A stretch of 64,000 nucleotides of DNA from Octopus vulgaris. Lineage: Eukaryota. Numbering within the stretch: the first letter of the stretch is position 1; the number at the start of each line of letters is the position of its first letter. The position numbers were made by a program, and so were the translations under genes. The notes beneath the pieces are model-generated. The model was not told where the DNA came from, searched no databases, and was given only the letters and a program-made list of their open reading frames with translations. The stretch is from NCBI GenBank assembly GCA_951406725.2, contig OX597829.1, forward strand, positions 52,204,001 to 52,268,000. Reading direction: 5' to 3'. Of the stretch, positions 27,495 to 41,086 are shown one piece after another.

Positions 27495-28265
27495 TGGCTA
27501 GCTAGCAGAATCGTCAGCAGTATTTTGTCTGTTGTTACATTCTAAGTTCGAGTTCCGCCAAGGTTGTCTTTTATCTTTTCAGAGTTGATGAATTAAGTAC
27601 CAGTTGAGCACTGGGGTTGATGTAATTGATTAGTCCCCTCTCCCTAAAATTTCAAGCCTTGTACCTATATTAGAAAGGATTATTAATATTAAGGTGACGA
27701 GCTGGCAGAATTGTTAGCACACTGTGCAAAGTACTTAGTGGCGTTGTTTTATGTTCTGTGTTCAAATTCTGCTGAGGTCAATTTTTCCTTTCATCCTTTT
27801 GGGGTTGATCAAATAAGTACCAGTTGAGCATTTGGGTCGATGTAATCGACTAGTCCCCTCCCCACAAATTTCAGGCCTTGTGCCTTTAGCAGATAGGACT
27901 ATTATTATTATCATTAAGGTAGCGAGCTGGCGGAATAGTTGCATGCTGGGTAAAATACTTAATGGTGTTCTGAGTTCAAATGCCGCCGAGATTGATTTTT
28001 GCCTTTCATCCTTTTGGGGTTGATAAAATAAGTACCAGTTGAGCACTGGGGTTGATGTAATTGACTTACCTTGTCTCCTAAAAGTGCTGGCCTTGTGCCA
28101 AAACTTGAAGCCAAAAAGCTGGCAGAATTGTTAACACACTGGGCAAAATGCTTAGCGATATTTTGCCCATCTTTACATTCTGACTTCAAATTCTGCCGAG
28201 ATTGAGTTTGCCTTTCATCCTTTTGGGGTTGGTAAATTAAGTACCAGTTAAATACTGGGTTGATG
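27495..28265 (+). mobile_element. Head-to-tail array of about four Nin-domain-like SINE copies
   Basis: Repeated GAGCTGGCAGAAT...GTTCAAATTCTGC...CCTTTCATCCTTTTGGGGTTG...AAGTACCAGTT units, some separated by (ATT)n. Confidence 0.8.
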
Positions 28266-28792
28266 TTAGTTAGTTAATTTTTTGGCTCAAAAATCAAAAA
28301 AGCAAGGCCATGTAGGGGTACATAAAGTTATGTACAGGGTGGTGTTCATGTAAAGAGTTCAGGCCACTTGTGGTCAAGGGAGACTTTGAACCGAGCGGTC
28401 GTCGGCATCTTCACCATCTCGTCCGGCAGCTTATTCCACTGATCCGCAACCCGGACGGAGAAAGCCCCTCTCCTTCGATTGAGATGAAATCGTCGCAGAT
28501 AGAGCTTTTCGGAATGACCCCGCAGCTGATGCTCTGGAGCAGGAGTGAAGAACAGCTCTTTCGAGGGGTTACACTTTCCGCTTATGATGTTGTGAGCAAG
28601 AATGAGATCACCACGGCGTCGTCGTTTTTCTAGAGAATAAAAGTCGAGCGTCTTCAGCCTTTCTTCATAAGACAAATTCTTCAGACCAAGAACCATGCGG
28701 GTAGCCAGCTTCTGGACTCTTTCGAGATGCTGTATGTCTTTGAGGAGATAAGAAGAGGCTTGAATCCCGTACTCCAATATGGGTCTCACCAC
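28266..28792 (-). mobile_element. CR1-clade LINE 3' fragment nested in a SINE
   Basis: VRPILEYG...LERVQKLATRMV..LSYEERL...RRRGDLI...LRGH...FSVRVADQWNKLP; CpG-rich, (TAAC)n tail; SINE sequence resumes at about 28791. Confidence 0.9.
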
Positions 28793-29760
28793 TAGTGCCC
28801 TCTCCACAAATTTCAGACTTTGTGCCTAATGTAGAAAGGATTTTTATTATTATCATTATTATTATTATGATCATCATCATGTATCTTTTCTAGAGAGGTA
28901 CAATGGATGCAAGGTGCTGAATTCTTGACTGCATGGTCATGAGCTCAAACAATTATAGAAACCATTGTATTGATTTGCGCAAAACTTTCGTTTTCTTCAG
29001 TCACTCTGTTGAGTAGGCTATTTGAAAAACAATTGCTCCAGTAAACACTTTTTCACCCATGAAGCCAAAAAGTGAATGAGATAAAAGAAGTCTTTAGCTT
29101 ATAGCTTTTTCAAAGTTTTGGATTGAGAAGGAAAAGTTGTAAAGTATGGATATATGTGACACAGTCTTTGAATGCAAAGTGTACATTTTTTGGCTGTGTG
29201 ATTAAGATTAGCAACCGTGTTTCTCATTATATGGCACTTTAGGTAAGTGTTCTCTACTCTAATTTTGGGTAATCACTTGTTTGTAGGATTTGGTACATAC
29301 AAGCCCTTAATTTGTGTGTCTTTTATCTTTTACTTGTTTCAGTCATTTGACTGCAGCCATGCTGGGGCACCACTCCTCTGAAGTGTTTTAGTCAAACAAA
29401 TTGACCCCTATACTTATTTTTCTTTTTAAGCCTGGTATTTATTGTTGGTACCTTCTGCGGAACCTCTAAGTTACAGAGACATAAACAAACCAAGACTGGT
29501 TGCCAAATTATGGTGGAAGGACAAAGGAACACGCATACGCACACACGACTATGAGGTTCTGTGATTGATGCTGCATTATACCTTGGACAAGTGTATTCTA
29601 CAAAAGCTTTAGGATTGACTGGTAGATTATTTTGTGTGTGTATACATATCATCATCATTTAACGTCTGGTGTCAATAAATGATGATGATGATAATATATA
29701 CACACATTTATATTCAAATATGAATGGGAAGCAGCTGGAGGGATATAAACAATATTGAAC

Positions 29761-30015
29761 ACATACACAAGGCATGTGTTTTGCCAGTTACCAGTTTGTG
29801 GGCAGGCTGTGATTATAGGCATAGGAGAATTTATTCTCCCTAATTCTGCTGGTGTTAAGTCACCTAGAAGTAATAGAGGGGACTTGATACAAGTCATCTT
29901 GCTTTTCTATGACTTCCAGGTGTTTTAACACCAGGTGAATTGAAGATAATATATTCTCTTATGCTTATAATTGCAGCCTGTCCATGAACTGCCAAAACAT
30001 GTGCCTTGTGTATGT
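29761..30015. mobile_element. Degenerate fold-back palindrome centred on GACTTG-ATA-CAAGTC (29881-29895)
   Basis: ACATACACAAGGCATGTGTTTTG vs CAAAACATGTGCCTTGTGTATGT; arms align throughout. Confidence 0.8.
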
Positions 30016-30978
30016 GTGTTTGATATTGTTTATACATACATGCATACACATACAAAACAGGCTTCAACATAGTTTCCGTCACAAGGCATCAGCTGACCCA
30101 GGTCTCTCGTGGAAGACACTTGTTCAAGGTGTTGCATAGTGGGACTGAACCTGAAACGATGCGGTTGCAAGGAAAGCTTCTTAGTAAACTAAGAAACCAA
30201 CTACTTTATAAACAAAGTCCTTTGATGTATCATCTGCATTGAGTTAACTTGCTCTTATCACTGTTGTGGTCATAAATACAGTAAAGGCATCCAGCCATAA
30301 AAATCCTGCCAAAACAAACACAGAAGTCTGGTACAGTCTTCTCCCTGGCCAGCTCCTTTCAAGCTGTTCAACCCATGCCTGCATGGATGTTAAGCGATGA
30401 TGATGACAATAAGCTAATGACTAAATCCCCCTGCTCCTCCCTGGAAACCTGTAACCAAATATGCTGTTGTCTATAAACTATGATATTAAATAGATACCCC
30501 ATGTTGGCACTTTGTAGGAAGCACTTGTGCCAGTGCCACATAAGGAAATTTCTATCAGTGCCACATGAGAAGAGCCTGTGCCATGCCATACTGGTGTCAT
30601 GTAAAAGCACACCCTGGAAAGTGGTTGGCATTAGGAAGGGTATCTCTCCACCACCACCACCACTTGACAACCAGTATTGGTTTGTTTATGCCTCCCATGA
30701 ATTAGTGCTTCAGCAAAAAGAGACTGAGGCAGGCTTTAAAAAAATAACTACTGGTGTTAGTTTGTCCTACTAAACCCTTAAAGACGGTGTAGCCCCAGCA
30801 TGGCCACAGTCCAATAACTGTAATTAGTAAGCATCTGCCCCTTTTGTGGGGAGCGGGGTATATCTAAAATCTTTTATGAATCACGTCATGAAAAAAAAAG
30901 GTCACAGAAAGCAAAAAATATTCACTATATTTGCTTCTTTTTCTTTTCTCTAATATTACTTTTGTTTTCCTCTTTTAG

Positions 30979-31026
30979 CATGAAATGTACATTCGGGCAT
31001 TCAACATATTAACTGAATTTCCAAGT
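30979..31026 (+). CDS. BCKDK: BCKDK exon (HEMYIRAFNILTEFPS)
   Basis: ttttag|CAT...AGT|gtaagt; 48 bp; matches HELYIRAF..LTDFP. Confidence 0.95.
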
Positions 31027-31486
31027 GTAAGTCATTTTATTTAAATTTATCTGGTAATAACTTTTATTCTAGGTAACATCATATAAAAATCTATCAAAAC
31101 CATACTTCACATTGAACCACTCTCTCAAAAGCATTAAATACCAAATAAACAAAACTCATCAATTATTGATGGTACAGTTATATGTTCCCTAACATTGTAT
31201 TAGTAAAATTGTTGTGATAATTTTAGAGGTTAATTATTGCTGACTGACTTTTGCACTTTTGTATCATTGCATTATAAGCATTCAATTCACTGTAATTTCA
31301 TTACTTTCTGTAAATTCTGGATGAATAAATGTTGCAGAAATTTTAATTTCTTTTACCTTCTGCCATTCAGATTATTCTGTCAAATGCAATGCTTATTTAT
31401 TCATTGTTTTGAATTGACCCATTTCAACCCAAATTTTAATTTTGCAATTTATTGAAATTTTGAAGATAGTTATATAAATAGGGATA

Positions 31487-31872
31487 TGATGGAAACACTC
31501 CGTCGGTTACGACAACGAGGGTTCCGGTTGATCCGATCAACGGAACAGCCTGCTCGTGAAATTAACGTCTAAGTGGCTGAGCACTCCACAGACACGTGCA
31601 CCCTTAACGTAGTTCTCGGGGATATTCAGCGTGACACAGAGAGTGACAAGGCCGGCCCCTTTGAAATACAGGTACAACAGAAACAGGAAGTAAGAGTGAG
31701 AGAAAGTTGTGGTGAAAGAGTACAGCAGGGATCACTACCATCCCCTGCCGGAGCTGTGTGGAGCTTTAGGTGTTTTCGCTCAATAAACACTCACAACGCC
31801 CGGTCTGGGAATCGAAACCGCGATCCTATGACCGCAAGTCCGCTGCCCTAACCACTGGGCCATTGCGCCTCC
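31487..31872 (-). mobile_element. Young full-length tRNA-derived SINE with 11-bp TSD AAATAGGGATA
   Basis: Minus head GGAGGCGCAATGGCCCAGTGGTTAGG...GGTTTCGATTCC; TSD at 31476-31486 and 31873-31883; CpGs intact. Confidence 0.9.
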
Positions 31873-32138
31873 AAATAGGGATAACAAACATACGGAAGAG
31901 TCCAGTTAACCTTTATTGCAGTAAACAAACCAAATACAACTGTCCTCAAACAAGGATAATAGGTTAAAATGGGTTAATTAGCATTATCTCATAGTTGCAA
32001 GATTGCGATGATGTGAAATTTTACTTTTAGAATGACATTGTAGGGTAAATGTGAAAGGCCAGATCTGGCCAATTTGAGCATAAAAGAGGTTGAATATTTG
32101 AGCCAGATATGGCTGGTTTGAATGCTAAAGGGTTAGGG

Positions 32139-32453
32139 CAGTGGCTCTGAACCAGGGTCCACATGGCCCCTGGGTGGTGGTCAAACAAAATAGTAATTTG
32201 GGGATCAGCTGTATTATTTTAAGGGTCTAAGAAAAAAATGTTTAGTTTTGATGTATTTATAGCAAGAAAGAGCTAAGTTTCTTTCTCTAACGTTTAACAT
32301 AGTTCAACATGTTTCTTGCTAATGTATGCAAGTGAATGTGTGAAAAACTAAATAGGAATTTTTAAAGAAGTATCTTTAAGACTAGGTTTTAAACATCAAA
32401 TAGCTATGGGGGTCTGGGGGGTCAATGGATTAAACAATGGTTGAGGACCGCTA
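32139..32453. mobile_element. hAT (Charlie-like) MITE
   Basis: TIRs CAGTGGCTCTGAACC / GGTTGAGGACCGCTA; 8-bp TSD GGTTAGGG/GGTTTGGG (7 of 8 match). Confidence 0.7.
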
Positions 32454-32584
32454 GGTTTGGGAAATGCTACACAGTAAAGACTCATTTACAAAGAGGGGAC
32501 ACACACACACACACATATTATAAATGATAATTTGATTTTTTTTTTTTTTTTTTTGAAGTGTACTTTTCTTTTTATTATTTACAG

Positions 32585-32704
32585 ATTCATAACTTTGAGG
32601 ATGAGCAAAAATATAGTCAAACGTTGAAAAGTCTTTTGGATGATCATAAAGATGTAGTCTCTTTATTGGCTGAAGGTCTTGGAGAATCTCGCAAACATAT
32701 CAAA
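32585..32704 (+). CDS. BCKDK: BCKDK exon ([40 protein letters not shown])
   Basis: acag|ATT...AAA|gtaatt; 120 bp; LLDDHKDVV motif. Confidence 0.96.
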
Positions 32705-32839
32705 GTAATTTGAATTAATTTTTAAAAGTTCATTTTTAAAATATGACATTAAACTTTATAAGCACCAATTTCAGCTAAGAACTGAGCAACTGATCAGGTC
32801 TAAACCTGAATCTTATATAATATATATATATATTCGCCA

Positions 32840-33030
32840 TGATTGATTGCTGGCCACTAAACTTTTTTTTCTTCTCTCACGCTCTCTCCTTATTTCTGTG
32901 TTCCTTTCTGTTGAAGAGCGTAGGCTCAAAACGTAAAAGACTTTCTCACTTTCCAAGAGTTAAACTAATACATCTGTTCATTGTTTTATACACACGTCAT
33001 CATCTTATGTTTTGTTTTTTTGTAAATTCC

Positions 33031-33035
<5 letters not shown>
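32840..33035 (+). mobile_element. Penelope pLTR-like fragment with HHR-like motif (32904-32939), between (TA)n tracts
   Basis: CUUU-CUGUUGA-A-GAGC-GUAG-GCUC-AAAA-CG-UA-AAAG; stems I and II intact, core has A6U and G12A. Confidence 0.6.
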
Positions 33036-33076
<41 letters not shown>

Positions 33077-33364
33077 CTTCTTGACATTATAACCTGCTAC
33101 TTTATGCTTTCAAAGGATCTGTGAAATAGAAAATCCTTTACTTAGATAACAAGTAATGATTGGCAATTGGAAGAGCAACTAGCCATAAAGTTCTATTGCT
33201 AATAAGTCCCAGTCCAGCTTATGCAAGCATAGAAAAATGGGTGTAAAATGAACAAATAAGCTTAAGATATACTTGCAGATGCTCAGAAATACATACACGC
33301 ATAGCTTTTATTAATATATTATTTTCTTCTTTGTAATTTTGAATATTTTATTTTTTATTTTTAG

Positions 33365-33463
33365 GATGACAACTTGATAAAAATCTTTCTTGATCGTACT
33401 TTAACTTCAAGACTGGGTATTCGAATGTTAGCAGAGCATCACTTGGCAATGCACGAAGAAAAG
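33365..33463 (+). CDS. BCKDK: BCKDK exon ([33 protein letters not shown])
   Basis: ttag|GAT...AAG|gtatgt; 99 bp; [15 protein letters not shown] motif. Confidence 0.97.
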
Positions 33464-36400
33464 GTATGTTTCTTTAAATGACAATTGGATAAAAACTATT
33501 TCTTTCCTCTTGAAAATATCTTTCAATTTTTTTTTTTCCACACTTTACTATTTTAGTTTAAATGGATCCTCACTACTAAGAATGTTAATGGGACTGTTAG
33601 AAAGAAATTTAGAATCTTAGAATTATGTTAGCTTTTGGATATCTAAGTGAAAATATATTTAATTCTTGGATTATATAGCTTCATTAAGCCATCATTGCCT
33701 TTGTTTTATTTTTTCGTCTTTAGAGTAAGTCTAAGTTATTTTTCTGTTATATTTCTATGCATTATCTTTATTCTTTCTCAGTACTGAGGTATTATTTGCA
33801 CAATATTTCAAAGCTCACATGTTATTCTAGTTGAACAAAAATAAATATATACATATATTAGTTAACTTATTTTAATGTTGATATATTTTCTCATGGCATA
33901 TTGGCTAATTAAGGGGAAGAGGGATATTTGGGTTTTTGTATGGAAATGAGAGAAACACAAATTGGAGTTTTGTCATCATTTGTAAATCATCATAAGAAGA
34001 GAAGTGTTTGCTGTTCTGTTTCGCAAAATAGTCAAGTGAGTGAATGTTAGATATTGGGTTTCATTTGTTTTGTAATGTGTGATTTATATGAGTTGTTAGG
34101 GTTTTGGAGTTGAGTAAATGAGTATTAAATTATACAGTCAGTTTATCAAATATATTTAGGTTTTATAGGTGGTGGTAGAAGGAATGAGGTTTGGATGTTG
34201 TGCTATTATAGTATCTACAATGAATACCTTTGTAGAGAGACTGGTTTTGGTGTAGTATAGATGTATGTGTGTGTGTGTATTATAGCGATGTGATAAATAT
34301 AAGGTGCAAAGTTATGTAATGAAATGCAAGTTTTTCTGCTCAACTTTTAATGAAAAAATATTAAAACTATTCTAAGACTTTAGTTACCAAATGTGAAATG
34401 TGTTTTTGGAATATCCAGGGTAGATTATTTTTATTAAACATAACCATGAATTTATGTCTGTAGAGCAGCATTTATACTGTATTAAGCACAGAATAATTGA
34501 TAATCATCTTTGATATTATCCAAAGAATAGCTTCTTTTACATTTCTGGGAAGTTTTCGTTCTACATGCAAAAAGAACAAAGCATTTTTTTAAACATTACA
34601 ATACTTTAATAAGGTTTGATGACTTGTTTACTTGTCATATCCTACCATGTACTTATTTGAATAATTTTAGACTGTTTTCTTTCAATAGTAGTTGGGTCAA
34701 GGTGGAGCTCTCGTAATGAAATTCTTATACAGATTGAGTTTATTTTTGATTGGTTCTATATGCTTCTAGTTGAATTAGAATAACTTGTTTTCACCAAACT
34801 TAGAAACTCTTGTAGCATTGCTGGCCAAATCAAACACTTGTATGTTTCTTTCTAATTGAAATACTTGTTTTACATTTTAAATTGCAGACAATGTAATATT
34901 ACTCAAGCAAATAACATTATGCAAATTAGCTCGTCTCATTACTTGCTAGTCTTAGCAGTCTTTAATCTTATTTTCTGATATTTAAATAATTTAACTTTGG
35001 CTCATCATCATCATCATCATTTAATGTCCGCTTTCCATGCTGGCATGGGTCGGATGGTTTGACTGAGGGCTGGCAAGCTGGGAGGCTGCACCAGGTTCCA
35101 ATCTGATCTGGTACGGTTTCTACAGCTGGATGCCCTTCCTAACGCCAACCACTCCAAGAGTGTAGTGGGTGCTTTTTATGTGCCTCTGGCGCAGTAGCCA
35201 GTCAAGCGGCACTGATATTGGCTATGCTTGAATAGTGCTTTTGCATGCCACCGGCTCAGTTTTATATTTTCGAGTTATTGCAGATATTTTGTTATTCTGA
35301 TTTATTCCAATATTCTAAAATTTGAATGAACGAATGAAATTGTCTATTAGACTGTAGATTATTTTCAAAAGTTGTTGACTATAATTTTTTTAAAAGTTAT
35401 ATTCATTTTCCTGATAAAATTTCAGTTACTGAAAATGACTCTACTTTTACTCTCAGCGTTGGATCCTAGTTAACACCAGTTTATCCAAATCGTTGGTAAC
35501 TTTTAATAAAAAATTTTTTTTTTCTCACTGTGATAAGGTTCGTAGTAATTCTCCTGACACCCCTTTCTTGTGTATCTTTATAAATAGGAATTAGTGAAAT
35601 TGGAAGCTGTGTTTAATCGTTTTTCATACCTTGAAACTTTTGTGATACAATTTTCTGCGTTTATTTTAAACAAAAACCATTATTTATTGTATTGTAAATT
35701 CATATCTCTTCTCCTACCTTGCCCCCCCCCCCCCCGAGGCCTATTTCTGATGACATAGTTTGCGTTGAGGGTCTTAGAGAACCTTGCAAACGTATCACTT
35801 TCTTGTTTAAAACTCATTTGATTTAGTTTTGAATCCTTCAGTAGAAGAAAGGCCGAGTGGGTTTAATTAACGTAAATCACAAATGAGCCTCAAAGTGGGA
35901 CAAAATTCTAGACGAGTGTCACAATCTTAACCTCGATTTGAAAGTAAGGTGGGTGTAACGGGAGATAACTCTCAAGTTATAGATATTTTTTTCTTTCTGA
36001 ATTTCTTTATTGGTTGTTAGGTTTAACATTGTGAACAAATGTTCGATAATGTTCTTTGCGTTAGAAAAAATGCCTCAGCTTTTATTTAAAATGTTCAGTT
36101 AATGAAAATATTTTATCAGAATGCAATTCCATTTATATTAACTATTAATTTTGTCATTAGTTAGATTAAGTAATTCTTTACTTGTAGAACGGTTCAACAA
36201 CAATAATTATCTTTTCCTATTTATATTATTTTAAAAAAATTCTTGTTCTTAGATTTAATGAGTATTCTACCAATTCTCGTATATTAAAAGTGAAAGTCAT
36301 CTTGTTTTGATCTTAGAAAATGGATATTACTATGGATATATTGATAAATTACAATTTATAAGAAAGAGACGTACAATCTCAGACCTACTTAGTGATTTCA

Positions 36401-39400
36401 TCTTATATATACTGGCAAAACTATATATCAATTTTCGTTGTTTATAAATACAGTTTTTGTTAACACGTAAACCACCACAGGTGTTCAGGTTTTCTAGATG
36501 TGTTATGTGTAGCTCTAATAAACTCTTTTCTACCTCTGTGGTCTTGACTGGATTCTTAGTCGTCTTTTGTTAATTCTCAGACTCTGTAAAATATAAGTGA
36601 TGTCTTGTATCATCTGCTTTGCATATATTTACTCATTTTTTTTCCTTCTTCCACTAATAATCTTGAATAGTAGTATAAATTAGTTGAACCTCATCATTGA
36701 GTATTTTACTAGCAATCTCTAAGTGCAGATTGCAAAGAAAATTTCCATAAAGAAATTTGATTTTTAGCACTGGAGTTATGGATTGCCTTCTACAGTGCAG
36801 CACATTGGGAAAATGTCTTCTACCATAATTTCTGGTTGGCTAATACCTTCTAAGTAGAATTTCATTCATGGAAATGTACATATCCATTTACCACCATATC
36901 TGCTGTCTTTGCAGATACTCCTACCTTTATTTAATGTGGGGTAGCTATCATATAGAAAGACACATGCTTGTTTCTGTATTGTAATTTAGTCTCCGAACAC
37001 TTAGCATAAAGCCATCTCCTCCTTTCTTATATATCTTCCTTTCAGTCGAAGAACTATTTCCTTTCCTTGACTTGCAAGTACTTAACAGCCTCAGTAATGT
37101 TGGTGGTATCAAAAAAAAGCACCAAGTACACACTGTAAAGTGGTTGGCATCTAGACATAGAAACCATGTTAAAGTTGACAGTGGAACTCTGTGTAGTACT
37201 GCATTTTATTAGATCCTGTTAAGCTGTTCAGCCTATTCCAGCATGAAAAACTGACATTAAATGATAATGATGATATATTTTTGGTGATGTATATTGGCAA
37301 AGGATATAAATATTGTCTAAGAAAACCAATAGGATTCAGAGTAAAAAATACTGTGGGTTGTTCGAATTGCACAAACACTAATTTACAAAATAGAATATAG
37401 AAAATAAATGTTCCTTAATGTGTAGGAACTGGGGTGCATTTATTCACTCTTGATTATGATGCTTTATAAGTTATGTGCCTGTAATGATTTTTATGTTCAG
37501 TTTTTCCATCCTGGCTCAGGTTGGACAAGACTTACTGAGATAATATTCTCTGGCTGAATACTCTTTCTAACTCTAATTCTTGGTTTCAATTAAGGTGTTT
37601 CATTTCATGTCTTTGCAACACTGAGTTACTGAGCCGTGCAACCAAAGATATGAGGAGACACACACACACAGGTACACATACAAGAAGCTATACATACATA
37701 TATACATGCATGCATGACCATAGGCTACAGTAGAAAGCATTTGCCCAAGTGCTCAAAACCTTGTGTTTGCAAAGCAAACCTCCTGACCGCACAGAAAGTT
37801 AGGTTTGCAACCTTGTAACTCGAGACTTGACCATGCTGCATGACACCATCTTTTCTATCAATATGTTAAGAAAATATGTCACATAATATTTTCATACAAA
37901 GGCATAAGGGATACAATTATTTGAACCTGTTGCAGACTTGTGATAGATGCATCCTGCTAAGGTCTTGCTACTACTCAGTAGGATCTATTATACTTTGATA
38001 TGTTTAGGGAATAGTAAAATGAGTTAGTGATTAACTGCTTAAAATAAAAAGTGGAGTCTTTCTGAAAGGATGAAAATTTAAGAGCCATCTAAGTTTATAC
38101 ATTCATTCTATAAGTTTATATTTTAAATACAGATGGGGAATTCTTGAAATGTACACAAGTGTGAACGGGTGAGGAAAGGCATATAGATTTATGAGTTCTC
38201 TGTTCTTCTGAAATATATTGGTTTCTTGTTTGATTAATCATATATATATATCAGGGTTCTTTTTTTATTTCTTAGTTTTATTTGAAATTTAGTTTCTATT
38301 AATACTGTTAATATAAACGTGTGTCTGGACAACACTGTGGTATATATATATATATATGCATGTAAATTCTGGATGTGAAAAATTTGCTTTGTATCAAGTT
38401 AGTTTCTTCCCTTTATGATTTGTCTGTTCTTAGAGTTTCTTTTGTAAAATAAAATTTGCAAATTTGGTTTAAGGTTTTGTGTTGTAAGAAATTAAGAATC
38501 TGATTGTTTTAAAGCAAAATCTCTCTTTGTTGTCGGAGGATTTCAAAAAAGGAGAAATTGTTATCAGGAATTTAATAAGCTTATGAAAATGGGTGGATGA
38601 AGAAAGATTGGGTAACTAGGAATAAAAGATGCTAATAGGATTTCAAATTCCAGAATCTCACTAAATTTCATGCAGTTGTGAAAGCTTGTTTTTGGGGTGA
38701 ATTCCTAAATTTATCTTCAATGTGTGTGTGTTTTCTGTTGTTTTCATATTCTGTAGATAATGGTGAGAGTCTAAATTTTATTCTGAATTCAAATGTTCTT
38801 AATGACATATGTTCACAATTACAAAAATATTAGAACTATCTTCAGTTATCATTTGAGTAAATACATAAACCAGTTCTCTTAAATAGCTTGCCTCAAAAAT
38901 TATAAAAATGACTATCGCTACTATTTAATTTATATTTGATATCCTTCCATGCTGGCAAAGAAAAAAAATCTTGATATTCCAATAATATTATTCTGTGATT
39001 TTGGAGGATTTGGTGCAAATGGTGGTAACATTTTTTTTTCTTTCAAAACACACTTTAGCTGATATTCTAATTCATTTGTCTTCAACTGAAAAACAGATGA
39101 AAGTCAATAAAAGCAACAAGCAATATTTCGTGGTTCAGTCAGTCGGAAATTTATTCCTATAAATTTAACAAAAGGATCGTCGTTAATACAAAATTGTGCA
39201 TTTTCTTGTAATGTTGTAGATCCGTTTTCAAAACTTTGAGATTTATTTTATGTCGTCTTTGCAAAATCCTTTAAGCAACTGAATATAAAGAATGAAACAA
39301 AAACAAGTTCAAGAACACTAAGCAAATTTCAGGACAAACTGGTGGGTGGGAGGGAGTGGTTATACAGATGCTGCTTCTTTGCTTTTTCCTTTTAAGAAGT

Positions 39401-41012
39401 TACACACACACACACACACACACACACAGATTCATACATATACAATTATTTATGATTAGCTCCTGTTTTTGTTTTTCCTCTTTTTTTTTCATGTTTTTCA
39501 TGCATATTACATTTGTCGTTTAAACATTTTTTTTTATACACTGAATATTGTGTGCAAGTGTGTTTCCCTAATTGGTATTTGTCATGGGTCTTCTTACAGA
39601 GTTCTAAAAATGTTTAAGTTTATGTTTTGATTGATTGTTTGTTTGTATTTATCTGTGTTCTTCAATTTTTAATTTAATTTTTTCTTTCTTTTGCACGATA
39701 ATAAGATTGATTAATCTAATTTCAAAAACAAACTTACTGGCATTAACTAGAATACATTATCATTTCACTTTCAGGGTTTAATAATATTTCATCGTTTAGA
39801 ATTGATAAATTATTTGATGGAATTTTTCATTATATTTTACACAACATGTGTAATTTTATTTTTAAGTGCTTTGAAAAGTTTTTTTTCCTTTCAGATAGTT
39901 TTTCTTTTTCCTTCTTGTCATTAATTCAAATTAGATTCTTTATTACATCATACTTTAAAGTGGGAGAAAAATTCTACGATTCAATCATTAAATTGGAATA
40001 AGTACTTAACGATATTGATACATTTTAGGGAAAATATTTGACAAAGTTCATTAACTAGTGAAGTATAAAATTTAGTGGGGGGGGAAATCCGATCTTATGA
40101 ATTCGATGACTTTACAATTATATTTTAGACGAGATATTAATGTTAGGTATACATACAGTGCTTATATGTGTGTGTGTGTGTGTATGGTATAATTATTATA
40201 TATCTACATATAGTTATACATCACATTTATATATATATAGCAATAAGAAAATGGAGGGGATCAATAGGTGGTTCATCAACTTTTAGACATTATATTATGT
40301 TAACTTATTTATTTATACCTATATATGCATGTGTATATAAATGAATGTACTAGGTGTGTGTATGTATGCATGTATATATAATATATATTCCATTATGGTG
40401 TATCAGCTGGCTGATTGAAATAAGTTAAAAGCATATTGTGTATGTGTATATTGAACTGTTACCAAAGGCCACTTTGACTTACATATTTTTTGAAGTTGAT
40501 AGAATAATTACGGCTGTTGATATACTTGACTATAAAGAAGATGGCACCACAGACAAGTGGGTGGCAGAAATCAGCTAGGGGAATATAAGACTATATAATG
40601 TGTGTGTGTGTCTGTAATTGAAACAACAGAATCTGAAGAAATTAGGGAAATTCTGTCAGCAACTAGTGCAAAGTGTTTGCAAAGTGTAATTGTTTCGGGG
40701 CAGGGTCCCTTGACTGATGTAGAGTCCCACCTGAAATATTAGGCTCCTCCTCTCTCTCTTTCTCTCTCTCTCTCGCAGCCAAATTAGTATTATTGTTATT
40801 ATTTTTTTTCTATTTTACAAACTACATATAAGTTTGGGTGAGTAAAAACAAAGTCATGTATATACATATATATTTCTGCGAGAGAAATTCTAGAAGAAAA
40901 GAACACTTTTCTTCTCTTCTGTTGAAAAAAAAAACCTCTTTCTTTCTTTTAATTTTTTTTTTGTTGCCATTCTGTTGCCCACGTTTTGCCTATAGGTTCT
41001 CATTCTCCACAG

Positions 41013-41086
41013 CCTAACCATGTTGGGATCATCAATGTGAATTTCTCTCCTCGCAAACTTATTGAAAAGAAAGCAGAGTTTGTAAG
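41013..41086 (+). CDS. BCKDK: BCKDK exon (PNHVGIINVNFSPRKLIEKKAEFV-R)
   Basis: ccacag|CCT...AG|gtaaga; 74 bp, phase 0/2; aligns to PDFVGII...SPKKIIEK. Confidence 0.93.

Noticed and set aside
31800-31872. tRNA gene
   Set aside because: It is the head of a TSD-flanked SINE, with no complete cloverleaf
35747-35795. CTGATGA...CAAACGTA hammerhead-like words
   Set aside because: No GAAA and no stems
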